A stretch of DNA of 44,680 nucleotides from a virus: UHGV virus genome UHGV-0024713; one strand, given 5' to 3'. Shown piece by piece: positions 16,210 through 25,566 of this stretch (positions within the stretch are counted from its first letter, which is position 1; each line of letters opens with the position of its first letter). The position numbers and the translations under genes were made by a program. The notes beneath the pieces are model-generated. The model saw only the letters and a program-made list of their open reading frames with translations. It ran no database searches and was not told where the DNA came from.

Positions 16210-16233
16210 GGCGGGCTTATGCCCGCCTTTTTT
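16210..16233 (+). terminator. Strong intrinsic terminator after the capsid gene
   Basis: GGCGGGC-ttat-GCCCGCC followed by T6. Confidence 0.75.
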
Positions 16234-16248
16234 ATAGGAGTGAATCTA

Positions 16249-16749
16249 ATGTATGGCGACCCGCAAACCTTTGTCGATTATGCCGCGGCGCGAGGCGTTG
16301 AAATTACGATAGGCGATGCAACGCGACACCTTACCATCGTCAATGACTTCCTTAACGGCATCAACTGGATCGGAGAACCAGCGGACCAGACAGGCATCGA
16401 CGCATGGCCCCGCATCAACTACCCATCAGACGGTAAGCCGGTACTGAACACGCTTACTGAAGATTTGGTAGTAGTCCCCGCTGGTCAGATTGTAGACTTT
16501 GCATCAATCCCCGTCGCCGTTGATCAAGCCGTTTACCGGCTGGCGCTGTTGGTGGCTGACGATGTTGATATTTCTCCGATCGGCGATGGTAAGGAGACTA
16601 TCCGCGAAACGGTTGGCCCGGTCACGATGGAGTATGACCCGGCGTCGATTGGTAGCGGGGTATCGTTCCCGTGGTGGGATGGCTTGTTAGGGCACTGGGT
16701 TGATTCTGGCGGTAACGCCGCAGGCAATTTCGACGTATTCAGGGGGTAA
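16249..16749 (+). CDS. Head-associated protein (lambda FI-like position), function unknown
   Basis: Internal ATG with AGGAG RBS; 166 aa. Confidence 0.45.
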   Translation: MYGDPQTFVDYAAARGVEITIGDATRHLTIVNDFLNGINWIGEPADQTGIDAWPRINYPSDGKPVLNTLTEDLVVVPAGQIVDFASIPVAVDQAVYRLALLVADDVDISPIGDGKETIRETVGPVTMEYDPASIGSGVSFPWWDGLLGHWVDSGGNAAGNFDVFRG

Positions 16750-16750
16750 T

Positions 16751-16876
16751 ATGAATCCTGCATTACTCGCGGCTATTATTGCTGCAAATACTAAACAGCC
16801 GCCGGAACAAGAACCGGAACCAGAACCAGAACCAGTACCACCGGCACAGGAGAGTGAAGAAGATGGCGGGCTTTAA
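16751..16876 (+). CDS. Small Pro/Glu-repeat ORF (about 41 aa), speculative
   Basis: ATG 2 nt after upstream stop; contains (GAACCA)n tandem repeat; overlaps the next gene start. Confidence 0.25.
   Translation: MNPALLAAIIAANTKQPPEQEPEPEPEPVPPAQESEEDGGL
16811..16840 (+). repeat. Tandem hexanucleotide repeat GAACCR x5
   Basis: gaaccg gaacca gaacca gaacca gtacca. Confidence 0.7.
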
Positions 16877-17216
16877 TTACGCAGGATTAAAGCGGAAAGT
16901 GAATCCGCTGATTAAAAAATTCGGCATGACGGCTACGGTGACGCGTCCGGGGTCGGTTGACCGCGTAGACGGCGACGAAGTGATAATCCCGCCAACGTCG
17001 TTCGACGTCATCGGTCTTCGAGAGGAGTACAAGCCGAGCGAGATCGACGGGACGCGTATCGTTGCCGGTGATGTGAAGTTTTTGTGTCAGGCCGTCAAGC
17101 AGGTAAAGGTCGGGGATTTGGTTAGCCTGAACAATACAGACTACCGGGTTATCAATCCCAACCCCCTGCAACCGGCGGGCCAGACCATGCTGTTTCAACT
17201 ACAGCTAAGGGGCTAA
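16863..17216 (+). CDS. Head-tail joining protein (lambda FII-like position)
   Basis: 117-aa ORF, internal ATG with RBS; call by synteny. Confidence 0.45.
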   Translation: MAGFNYAGLKRKVNPLIKKFGMTATVTRPGSVDRVDGDEVIIPPTSFDVIGLREEYKPSEIDGTRIVAGDVKFLCQAVKQVKVGDLVSLNNTDYRVINPNPLQPAGQTMLFQLQLRG

Positions 17217-17217
17217 C

Positions 17218-17811
17218 GTGGCTGAAGTCTACTCATTCGCCGCCACTATTGCTACATGGGTGGATAAGACGAAGGAGAACAACGATAAGGCGGTGCGGGC
17301 GTACGGGATGCAAATACTCGGACGCCTTATTGAGATCTCCCCGGTGGGCGACCCTCGCCGGTGGAAGATTAACAAGGCTTATGCAATGGCCCTCCAGCAC
17401 GCGAACAAGGTGAACGCCGCACAGCGTCGCAAGAATGGCGGCAAACTGAAGCGCGGGCAGAAGAAGCACGCCAGTGCGCTGGTATCATTCAAGACTAAAA
17501 ACGGCAACGTCACGTTCCGACAGCGTGGCTGGGCTGCGAAGAATTACACCGGAGGGCGCTTCCGCGGTAACTGGCAGGTTACGTTCGACCGCCCGGCTGT
17601 TGGCGCTATTGACCGCGTTGACAAGGCCGGAACGGCAACATTAGCCGCGGGACGTGAAGTGCTGGCGCATTACGATTCAAGTGAATACGGGTCGATCTGG
17701 TTTACTAACAATGTGCCGTATGCGAAACGACTTGAGTATGGCTGGAGTCTACAAGCGCCTGCGGGGGTTGTTCGCGTCGTAGCGGCAGAAATTAATTCGA
17801 AGGTGAAATAA
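17218..17811 (+). CDS. Tail completion protein (lambda Z-like position), GTG start
   Basis: 197-aa ORF starting 2 nt after the upstream stop; call by synteny. Confidence 0.45.
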   Translation: MAEVYSFAATIATWVDKTKENNDKAVRAYGMQILGRLIEISPVGDPRRWKINKAYAMALQHANKVNAAQRRKNGGKLKRGQKKHASALVSFKTKNGNVTFRQRGWAAKNYTGGRFRGNWQVTFDRPAVGAIDRVDKAGTATLAAGREVLAHYDSSEYGSIWFTNNVPYAKRLEYGWSLQAPAGVVRVVAAEINSKVK

Positions 17812-18233
17812 TGAGCAATACTCTAATCCGCAAGGCGCTTAACAGCGTAGTAGAAGAATTATCGGTTAGCCTGAGCACTAGCACGCGCCAGGTAAAGGTA
17901 AACTGGGAGAACGTGAGCGGCGACCACGCAAACGGCAGCGGTGTCTACTTGGAACCGTATCTGCTTCCGGCCCCGACCCAGTTTGTGGGATTCCAGCAGA
18001 AGGGCCGGATCTATGCAGGCGTGTATCAGGTTGCTGTGGTATTTCCTGCGGGCACTGGCACACAGTATGCGAGCGAACTGGCGGACGCCATCGCGACGTC
18101 TGACAAGTGGCAGGCCGTAAGGCTTACAGGCGCTGCATTCCAGCTTCAGGACGCGCCATACACCAGTTCCGTGATTGAGGATGTTGATCGCGCCCGCATC
18201 GTGGTTACAGTCCCCTACACCTGTTGCGCCTGA
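17811..18233 (+). CDS. Tail terminator protein (lambda U-like position)
   Basis: 140-aa ORF overlapping the upstream stop; call by synteny. Confidence 0.45.
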   Translation: MSNTLIRKALNSVVEELSVSLSTSTRQVKVNWENVSGDHANGSGVYLEPYLLPAPTQFVGFQQKGRIYAGVYQVAVVFPAGTGTQYASELADAIATSDKWQAVRLTGAAFQLQDAPYTSSVIEDVDRARIVVTVPYTCCA

Positions 18234-18294
18234 TTTGGCGCATTTCTGCGCGTGCTGTATCATTAATTCGTATATCTAAACAGGAGCGTTCATT

Positions 18295-19020
18295 ATGGGT
18301 TATCAACTTCCTAACGGGTCCAGCGTCCAGATTGGGTCCGTACTGGGCACCGGCATCGCTGTTACGGCAGCTTCCAACGCCACCGCGTCGATCTCCGACC
18401 TTACGCAAGGTTGCGTTATTACCTGTGCGGCTTCGCATGGTCTGGCTGTTGGCGACGTTGTTATGTTCACTAAAACCCCGTGGGTCCGAGCGCTTAACCG
18501 TGCCTTCATTGTGGGTAAAGTAGCCGAGAACGACGTGACGCTGGCGCGCTTCGACTCCTCTGACGTGACCAAATATCCTACCGGCGCGTTTGGTGTAGGC
18601 ACTCCGGGCGAAGTGGTGAAGGTGTCGAGCTTTATCGACTTCCCTTTCATTACTAACGTTGCCATATCTGGTGGTGATCAGCAGACGACCACCTTCCAGC
18701 CGTTGCAGGTGAACACCGCAATCAGCCTTAACACCACGAAAAACCCGTTGGTCCAGACTTACACCTTCACCCACGACGATGAAGACCCGATCCGCCCAAT
18801 CCTGGAAGAACTGGACGACACACAGAAAACCACTGTGATTAAGTTCACTAACCCAGCGGCAGCAAGCGGCAAGGGCGAGATCCGTATTTACCCAGCTAAG
18901 GTATCTTTCCAGAAGATTCCGTCCTCTGAAGTAAACAACGTGGAAACTGTGCAATCAACTCTGACCATGCAGTCTGATATGGTTATATACCGTAAGGATC
19001 TGGTCGAGGCATTGTCTTGA
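18295..19020 (+). CDS. Major tail protein
   Basis: 241-aa ORF with RBS, followed by a strong terminator and then the tail chaperone and tape-measure genes. Confidence 0.6.
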   Translation: MGYQLPNGSSVQIGSVLGTGIAVTAASNATASISDLTQGCVITCAASHGLAVGDVVMFTKTPWVRALNRAFIVGKVAENDVTLARFDSSDVTKYPTGAFGVGTPGEVVKVSSFIDFPFITNVAISGGDQQTTTFQPLQVNTAISLNTTKNPLVQTYTFTHDDEDPIRPILEELDDTQKTTVIKFTNPAAASGKGEIRIYPAKVSFQKIPSSEVNNVETVQSTLTMQSDMVIYRKDLVEALS

Positions 19021-19050
19021 TTTGGTCGCTTAAATAGCGAGTGATAATAT

Positions 19051-19073
19051 GGGGCCAGCACGGCCCCTTTTTT
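19051..19073 (+). terminator. Intrinsic terminator after the major tail gene
   Basis: GGGGCC-agca-CGGCCCC followed by T6. Confidence 0.7.
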
Positions 19074-19089
19074 ATTGGAGAATACTACA

Positions 19090-19452
19090 ATGGCTAAAGC
19101 ACCACTCTTTACACTTGACCCTAAGCCGACCTTTAAGCTGCCGATTGAGATCCCGCGCCCTGGCGAGAACGAACCAGGCAAGATGACGTTTACCGTACGC
19201 CACCGCCCGATCGATGAATTTTCGCAAACCATGCAGGACACCGAACGGAAGTTGTCGGAATATGACGACAATGACCCGGACGGCTTTAACGTTATGGTCG
19301 AGGCCATCATGCACGTCGCTGAAGGCTGGAATCTGCCGGACGAATTTAACGCGGAGAACGTCCGCCGCCTGGTGGTCAACTATCCTCGCGCGTTCGGTGT
19401 GTTCCACACGTCGTACTATCTCGAACTGATGGGATTGCGTGAAAAAAACTAA
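19090..19452 (+). CDS. Tail assembly chaperone (lambda G-like)
   Basis: 120-aa acidic protein between major tail and tape-measure genes; ends EKN* over slippery heptamer. Confidence 0.7.
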   Translation: MAKAPLFTLDPKPTFKLPIEIPRPGENEPGKMTFTVRHRPIDEFSQTMQDTERKLSEYDDNDPDGFNVMVEAIMHVAEGWNLPDEFNAENVRRLVVNYPRAFGVFHTSYYLELMGLREKN

Positions 19453-19766
19453 TTGAGGCGGCGCGGCGCTTTTATGGCCCGCCGCCACCCTCTGAAGATT
19501 TAGCCGCAAGTTTATGGGGTGCGTCCCCCGAAGATGTTTGTCCGCCTGTTGCGCTATGGCCCGACAACGCGAAGATAGTCGCAGTCTTCACAGATTGCTC
19601 CACGCAATGGCGCACCGGATTTGGTGGCGCATACGGCATAGACTACGGCGTGTTGGAGTGGTTATTTAAGATGCACGGTATCGAAAACGAGCAGCGCGCG
19701 TTTAAAGATATCAAGCTAATGGAACGAATCGCGCTTGATGAAATGGCGCAGCAGAACCCCGCATAA
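19090..19766 (+). CDS. Tail assembly chaperone frameshift fusion product (lambda G-T-like)
   Basis: -1 frame extension of about 105 codons (KKLIEAARRFYGPPPP...DEMAQQNPA) with no own start codon or RBS. Confidence 0.55.
19443..19449 (+). other. Programmed -1 ribosomal frameshift slippery heptamer A_AAA_AAC
   Basis: X_XXY_YYZ heptamer in the last codons of the chaperone gene; the -1 frame is open from here to a stop at 19764-19766. Confidence 0.6.
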
Positions 19767-19770
19767 TGAA

Positions 19771-20029
19771 GCGGGACAAAACGGGACGTCCCGTTTTGTC
19801 CCGCCCCTGCAAAACTGCATATACAATCACTTCAATTGCATAAACTCAAAGCGGGACAGGCGGGACACCCCGTTTTGTCCCGCCCTGTAAATGTGCATAC
19901 CTATGCAGATCTCGTGCATAAAGTAAGCGGGACAGAAAGCGGGACAAACAAGGGGCGGGACAGAGCGGGACAGCACCCCGTCCCCGCCAGTGCTGCCGCG
20001 GTTTTTAGTCGATCGGGACAGGCGGGACA
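19771..20029. repeat. Iteron array B: about 10 GCGGGACA-type octamers in both orientations, including a perfect 34-bp palindrome (19771-19804)
   Basis: GCGGGACAAAACGGGAC/GTCCCGTTTTGTCCCGC; octamers at about 19851, 19860, 19927, 19939, 19955, 19965, 20013, 20022; 19915-19988 is near-identical to 2865-2940. Confidence 0.7.
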
Positions 20030-20034
20030 AACCA

Positions 20035-20083
20035 CAGTCTTTCAGACTAGACGGGGGTCAACGGCCCCCCTCGTCTGAGACTG
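20035..20083. other. Stem-loop B, second copy of the 2985-3034 element
   Basis: CAGTCTTTCAGACTAGACGGGGG-tcaacgg-CCCCCCTCGTCTGAGACTG; stems conserved, loop differs. Confidence 0.6.
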
Positions 20084-20151
20084 AATAAGGTTTGTTTTAA
20101 AATCGCTGATACAATGTCAATCGGCAACTGCATAAAAAAGGGGACTGCATA

Positions 20152-22794
20152 ATGGCAGATCAAGCGGCAGGCATCACGCTCAAGGTCGATGCCTCACAAG
20201 TAAAAACGGCGAATACCGCGCTGGACTCGTTCGCGCAGAAGTCTGAGAACACCGAACGGAAAGTTAAGAAATTAAACGACACCCTCGGCAACTCGAAAAA
20301 GGTAACGAGTGACGCCGCTGGCGGGATGGAAAAGTTAGCGACTGAATCGCAGCGCGCCGCCGACGGCATGACGAAACAGGAGCGACTTGCCAACCGGTTA
20401 GGAATGTCGACCAAAAACCTGGGCTTTGCCTCACGCAACGCCGCATTCCAGTTACAGGATATCGCGGTTACGCTTGAGATGGGTATGCCGGTGCACCGCG
20501 TTATGCTTCAGCAGTTACCACAGCTTACTGGGGCGTTCGGTGGATTGGGTAACACGCTGCGTTATGTTGCTGGCTTCCTCGGTCCGGTAGGGATCGGCAT
20601 CGCAGCACTAACGGCAACGTTAGGCGTAGGAGTGGCGGTTACGTCCCGTGCCGAAAACCAGGTCGCAGCGCTTAACAAGACGCTGGCGCTGTCGGGTAAT
20701 ATCTCCGGCCTCACTGCAAACCAGATCCTGGTGCTATCCGAGAACGCCGAGCGCATGGGCGGGTCCTTCCGTAAGACGCGTGACACAATCCAGGCGCTGG
20801 CGGCGGCGGGTGTGAAAGCGGGTGCGGACTTCGGCACGCTGGCGAAAGTGGTGAATGACTTTGCGAAGGCGTCTAATCAGCCGATCTCTGACGTGGTTGA
20901 ATCCATCTCTAAATTGTCAAACGACCCAGTGGGCGGACTGCGTGCGCTGGCGGATAAGTATCATGTCGTAACCGAAGCGCAGATCCAGCAGGTGCAATCG
21001 CTTGTAGATATGGGGCGTGAAACGGACGCGGTTGCTCTGGCTAACAAAACCGCCGCCGCGTCGTTCGCCAGCATGACCAACGATGTCAAGGCCAACATGG
21101 GTACGCTTGAGCGGTCGATGAACGTCGTTACATCAGCAGCGAAATCTATGTGGGATGCCATCCTGGATGTGGGCCGCGCGCAGTCATCTAATGAGTCCGA
21201 GATGAAAGCGCGTGAGTCCTTGCAGCGCATGACCACGGCTTACTATGCCGAGATGAAAGCGGTAAACGCTGCCGGTGGGGTGGTGACCGAAGCGCAAAAA
21301 GCGCGTATTAACATGCTTTACAGCGAACTGGTCGCCCAGGAAAAGGTGGTGGCGACACTTACCCTGCGCAACCGTGCCGAGCGAGACAACGCCAGCGCCG
21401 CTGACGAAGCAGCAAAGGCGAACGAGGAGGCAAACCGCACCGCCCGCGACCGCGCCGCGTTTGAGAAGGAGTTCGCAACCAACGCGAAGAGGCGCGCCGA
21501 CGAGATCGCCCGCCTCAATTTGCTGAATAAGCGGGGCGTGATTAGCGAAAAAGAACTCGCCGAGGCGGTGAAGCAGGTAAACGAGCGCTACAAAGACCCG
21601 GCCCCGAAAAAGGCCGCGGCTGTTCGCGTGGATTCCGGTATGAAAATGCTGGAGGTTGCACGTAGCGAACTGGCACAGCTTCGAGAATCAGGCAAGCAGA
21701 TCGAAGCCAACGCGTCGACGCAGACCCGAGCGCAACGCGCTCAATCAGCACTTAACAAGCTGATCGCAGATCATGAACAGTTAATCGCAGCAAGCAAAGA
21801 AAGAGCACTAACGGCAGCGGAAAAGCAGCAAATTGCGGGTTTCGAGGCGGTTAAATCGGTACGCGAGCAGATCGTCGAAGAAGCCAAATTGCTGGACGCG
21901 AAAGAGAAGCAGATCAAGGCACATGCCCAGGTCGAGGCATTCATCAAGAACCAGAACGCCGAGCTAAAAGCCACCGCGGCGGGCTATGCGCTTTCTACTC
22001 GCGAAGCGGCTAACCTGCGCGAAGAATTGCAGCTAATTGACCGCCTTCAGCGTGTTGGTGCTAACGATACCGATATCGACAAGGCGGTGTCTAAGCTGCG
22101 TGAAGTTCAGGACGCACAGACCGGTGCTAACGCCTCGCTATGGGATGGATTCAGTCGCGGGCTTCGCGATAGTGTGGATGAAATGGGTAACGGCTATACG
22201 CAGATGACGTCACTCACAAAATTCACGTTCGGCGCTATGCAGGACACGATGAACGAGTTTTTCGAGACTGGCAAGCTGAACGCAAAGGATATGGTTAAGT
22301 CCATCCTGAGCGAATTAATCAAGCTGGCTACATCGCAGGCGTTCAAGTCCATCGTTAGCGCTTTCGGTGGCGACGGCGGCAAAAACGGATTGTTCGGCGC
22401 TATCTTTTCCGGCCTGACTAAGAACGCAGACGGCGGAGCGTACGCAGGGGGCAACCTCGCGGCCTATTCGGGGCAAGTGGTAAGCCAGCCCACCTTTTTC
22501 AGTTATGGCGTCCAGGCGTTCGCTAAGGGCGCAGGATTGATGGGTGAGGCCGGACCTGAAGCCATCATGCCACTGAAGCGCGGCCCGGACGGCAAACTTG
22601 GAGTTGCCGCTGCCGGAGGTGTCGGGGGAATGATTGTAACGACCAACGTTAACATGGGGACCGGTAAGACGGATACCAGTGTTAGCGGACCAGACCCGCG
22701 CACCGCGCAGGCGTTCGGAAAGCAAATCACCGAGTCTGTCAAGGCCGAGATCGTGAAGGCGACGAAACCGGGTGGTGTACTTTACAAACGATGA
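20152..22794 (+). CDS. Tail tape measure protein
   Basis: 880-aa Ala/Gln/Lys-rich helical protein after the G/T chaperone; Gly-rich C-terminal region. Confidence 0.9.
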   Translation: MADQAAGITLKVDASQVKTANTALDSFAQKSENTERKVKKLNDTLGNSKKVTSDAAGGMEKLATESQRAADGMTKQERLANRLGMSTKNLGFASRNAAFQLQDIAVTLEMGMPVHRVMLQQLPQLTGAFGGLGNTLRYVAGFLGPVGIGIAALTATLGVGVAVTSRAENQVAALNKTLALSGNISGLTANQILVLSENAERMGGSFRKTRDTIQALAAAGVKAGADFGTLAKVVNDFAKASNQPISDVVESISKLSNDPVGGLRALADKYHVVTEAQIQQVQSLVDMGRETDAVALANKTAAASFASMTNDVKANMGTLERSMNVVTSAAKSMWDAILDVGRAQSSNESEMKARESLQRMTTAYYAEMKAVNAAGGVVTEAQKARINMLYSELVAQEKVVATLTLRNRAERDNASAADEAAKANEEANRTARDRAAFEKEFATNAKRRADEIARLNLLNKRGVISEKELAEAVKQVNERYKDPAPKKAAAVRVDSGMKMLEVARSELAQLRESGKQIEANASTQTRAQRAQSALNKLIADHEQLIAASKERALTAAEKQQIAGFEAVKSVREQIVEEAKLLDAKEKQIKAHAQVEAFIKNQNAELKATAAGYALSTREAANLREELQLIDRLQRVGANDTDIDKAVSKLREVQDAQTGANASLWDGFSRGLRDSVDEMGNGYTQMTSLTKFTFGAMQDTMNEFFETGKLNAKDMVKSILSELIKLATSQAFKSIVSAFGGDGGKNGLFGAIFSGLTKNADGGAYAGGNLAAYSGQVVSQPTFFSYGVQAFAKGAGLMGEAGPEAIMPLKRGPDGKLGVAAAGGVGGMIVTTNVNMGTGKTDTSVSGPDPRTAQAFGKQITESVKAEIVKATKPGGVLYKR

Positions 22795-22830
22795 TAAAAT
22801 GGCCCTCACAAACAACGTGGGGGCTTTTTC

Positions 22831-23430
22831 ATGGCGCAAGGTACAATCACACTAACTAAAGGAAGTAAGACCGTCACGGGTGTGGGGACGGCGTTCCTGA
22901 GCGAGATCGGGAAGGTCCGCGTATTTACCCGCATCGACGGCAACGACTACACCGGAAAAATTGCAGCATTCAACTCTAACACCGTCATCACCCTGGCGGA
23001 TAACTGGGCAGGTCCGACAAAAGCCGGTGCGGCTTATGAGCTAATCGAAGCGCACGACCCGCGGTCAAACGAATGGCCTTATTACTGGCACATGCAATTG
23101 CAAGGCGGCGGAGACGTGCAGTTGGCTTTCCGGTCCGAGGAATTGCAGTTTGGTAACGGTTACGGTCAGAACATCGCGGACGGCCCGAACGCCGAAACGA
23201 AACAGTTCCCCGTGCAATTCATCGGGCTGACTACTGACAAGTGGTGCAACCCCAAACTGGTTTACAACTTCCTTCGCGGGCACTTCGTCAAGCCGTTTGT
23301 CGTCACCGCGCCGGATGGCGAAACAGGTTTATTCGTGGTCGAGCGTTCGAGCTTGTCGTACACCGACAACGGGCATAACACGGCAACGGTGTCCGCCACC
23401 CTTAAGACTGCTATTGGATTCGTAAGATGA
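22831..23430 (+). CDS. Minor tail protein M-like, with an extra N-terminal domain
   Basis: C-terminal part carries FGNGYGQ...G.NA..K pattern like lambda gpM (FGDGYSQ...); N-terminal 75 aa resemble the tail-fibre N-terminus at 30308. Confidence 0.65.
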   Translation: MAQGTITLTKGSKTVTGVGTAFLSEIGKVRVFTRIDGNDYTGKIAAFNSNTVITLADNWAGPTKAGAAYELIEAHDPRSNEWPYYWHMQLQGGGDVQLAFRSEELQFGNGYGQNIADGPNAETKQFPVQFIGLTTDKWCNPKLVYNFLRGHFVKPFVVTAPDGETGLFVVERSSLSYTDNGHNTATVSATLKTAIGFVR

Positions 23431-24215
23431 ATAAACTCTATCGTGAAGCGACGCGCTTTGACCCATCAGGACGCGTTCGCCTGATTCACATTGACGCTCA
23501 GGACGTGGAACCAGGCGACGGCGCGATCGGAGCGGGGCATCACTATTTTCACTACTGCTTTATTCCGCACACTGCCGAGGATATTGCTGCCGCCGGTGGT
23601 GACGAGGATAAGCTAAAACCTAAATCAATCTTCTTCGGCGGGCAGGAGTTCGAATTTTGGCCCTTCGATTTGTCCGGCCTTAACTTCTCCACATCTACGG
23701 CGGCAGAACCGCAACTAACAATCGTCGATATTGGCGGCATAATAACCCGGCTGTCGCTGAACCACGACCAGCTACTTGGCGCGAAGGTTGAGATCATTGA
23801 TACGTTCGCGAAGTTCCTGGATAACGGGACAGATCCAGACCCGACGCAGAAACGAGTTCAGGAGTATTACATCGACTCCCAGGTGGGCCGAAATCCGGGC
23901 AAGCAAATTACCTTCGCACTATCCTCGCCTGCGGATATGGAAGGGCAGGTCGTTCCCCGTCGCCAAATCATGAATATGTGCGAATGGGCGCTCAACGGGA
24001 AGTACGCCAGCGGGGACGGGTGCACCTGGAACCTTGCGAAGCCCGGTATCAAGTATTACGACGAGCGAGGTAATGAAGTCATTGCGATGGATATGGACCG
24101 ATGCGGCGGCTGTTTGTCCGACTGTTATCTTCGATTTGGGCAAGGGCTTGCGGACCCGAAAGCGGCGGTGCTGGACTTCGGCGGCTTTCCTGGGTCCAGA
24201 TTAATTAAGGGGTAG
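23427..24215 (+). CDS. Minor tail protein L-like
   Basis: Position after M; C-terminal Cys cluster CTWN...CGGCLSDC like the gpL Fe-S motif. Confidence 0.75.
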   Translation: MNKLYREATRFDPSGRVRLIHIDAQDVEPGDGAIGAGHHYFHYCFIPHTAEDIAAAGGDEDKLKPKSIFFGGQEFEFWPFDLSGLNFSTSTAAEPQLTIVDIGGIITRLSLNHDQLLGAKVEIIDTFAKFLDNGTDPDPTQKRVQEYYIDSQVGRNPGKQITFALSSPADMEGQVVPRRQIMNMCEWALNGKYASGDGCTWNLAKPGIKYYDERGNEVIAMDMDRCGGCLSDCYLRFGQGLADPKAAVLDFGGFPGSRLIKG

Positions 24216-24217
24216 CC

Positions 24218-24958
24218 ATGTTAACGAAAAAGGTTAAAAGCGATATCGCCGCGCACGTTGCGGCATGTCTGCCGGAAGAAGCCTGTGGGTTGGTAGTCAT
24301 GGTGGGTCGCAAGCAAGTATTCGTACCATGTCAGAACGTCTTCGAAGACCCGACCGGCGTGCGCTCGCGCAAAGACGCGTTTACAATTAGCGATATGGCC
24401 TGGATGGATGCCGAGGATATGGGCGACGTTGTGCGCGTAGTCCACTCGCACCCGGGTCAGCGCGAGCTAACCCCGTCATTGGGCGACGTTAACGGATGCA
24501 ACGGCAGCGGCGTCGTCTGGACAATTACCAATGAGTATGGCGACTTTATCGAGATCGACCCGGAAGACCCGCCACTGGTAGGTCGCCGATTTGTTCTCGG
24601 AATTACGGATTGCTACGGCCTCGTCATGGACTGGCACAAAAAGCAGGGCGTAAACCTGCCAGACTTCCGCGTACCATACAACTGGTGGGAGACAGGCGAA
24701 AACCTGTATATGGACAATTGGTATGGCGCGGGCTTCCGGGAGTGTGAGGAGAATACACCCGGGGCGATGGTCATCATGCAGATTAGCGCGCCAGTGCCTA
24801 ACCATGCCGGAATCTACCTTCCGGGCAACCAACTACTACACCATATCTACGGCAGCCTGTCGAGCGTCATCCCCTTCCGGGCAGGATTTTTCCGCGACAA
24901 TGTGGTTAAATGGGTACGTCATAAAGACCTACCGGGGAATATCACAGAATGGCAATGA
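24218..24958 (+). CDS. Tail assembly protein K-like (MPN/JAB plus NlpC/P60 domains)
   Basis: HSHP metal-site motif; Cys/His pattern (GITDCYGLV...WHKKQG, ...PNHAGIYL) typical of NlpC/P60. Confidence 0.8.
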   Translation: MLTKKVKSDIAAHVAACLPEEACGLVVMVGRKQVFVPCQNVFEDPTGVRSRKDAFTISDMAWMDAEDMGDVVRVVHSHPGQRELTPSLGDVNGCNGSGVVWTITNEYGDFIEIDPEDPPLVGRRFVLGITDCYGLVMDWHKKQGVNLPDFRVPYNWWETGENLYMDNWYGAGFRECEENTPGAMVIMQISAPVPNHAGIYLPGNQLLHHIYGSLSSVIPFRAGFFRDNVVKWVRHKDLPGNITEWQ

Positions 24959-25566
24959 CCACCTTTAAACTATACGGCGTCTTAGGACGTCGTTTCGGTA
25001 AAGTGCATAAGCTGGACTGCTTCACACCGGGCGAGGGAATCACCGGCCTGTGTGTGAAGTTACCAGGCTTACAGGACTTTCTAATGTCGGCCCACCTGGA
25101 CAACATGATGTTCAAGGTGCGCAAGGGTAATCACACAATGACCGGTTACGACGAGTTGGGCGAGTTCCACGGCAACCGCGTCGTGACCATCGCACCGGTT
25201 ATGACCGGCGCAAAACGCGGACTAGGCCAATTACTGGCGGGCGTAGCCATCGTGGTGGCGTCGTTCTACACCGGCGGCCTTGCGACTGCCGCCTTTGGTG
25301 CTTCCGCCGCTACCGCTGCCGCTATTGGTACGGCGACGTTCTCGTTCGGGATGTCGATGGCGCTGGGCGGTGCTATGCAATTGCTGTCGCCACAGCCGAA
25401 AGGATTGCAGACACGGCAGGACGTGGATAACAAAGCGTCGTATGCGTTCGGCGGACCGGTAAACACGACCGCACAAGGTACGGCACTTGGTGTATTATGG
25501 GGCGAGCGTGAGATCGGCGGCGCTATTATTTCAGCCGGAATCGTAACCGAGGACTTGAACGAATGA
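24949..25566 (+). CDS. Tail assembly protein I-like
   Basis: 205-aa protein between K and J with Gly/Ala-rich hydrophobic C-terminal half. Confidence 0.7.
   Translation: MAMTTFKLYGVLGRRFGKVHKLDCFTPGEGITGLCVKLPGLQDFLMSAHLDNMMFKVRKGNHTMTGYDELGEFHGNRVVTIAPVMTGAKRGLGQLLAGVAIVVASFYTGGLATAAFGASAATAAAIGTATFSFGMSMALGGAMQLLSPQPKGLQTRQDVDNKASYAFGGPVNTTAQGTALGVLWGEREIGGAIISAGIVTEDLNE

Noticed and set aside
18205-18954. 249-aa minus-strand ORF
   Set aside because: Lies entirely antisense to the major tail gene in a syntenic + strand operon; Arg/His/Cys-rich composition typical of antisense frames in GC-rich genes.
22315-22839. 174-aa minus-strand ORF at the 3' end of the tape-measure gene
   Set aside because: Antisense to the tape-measure gene; no independent signal.
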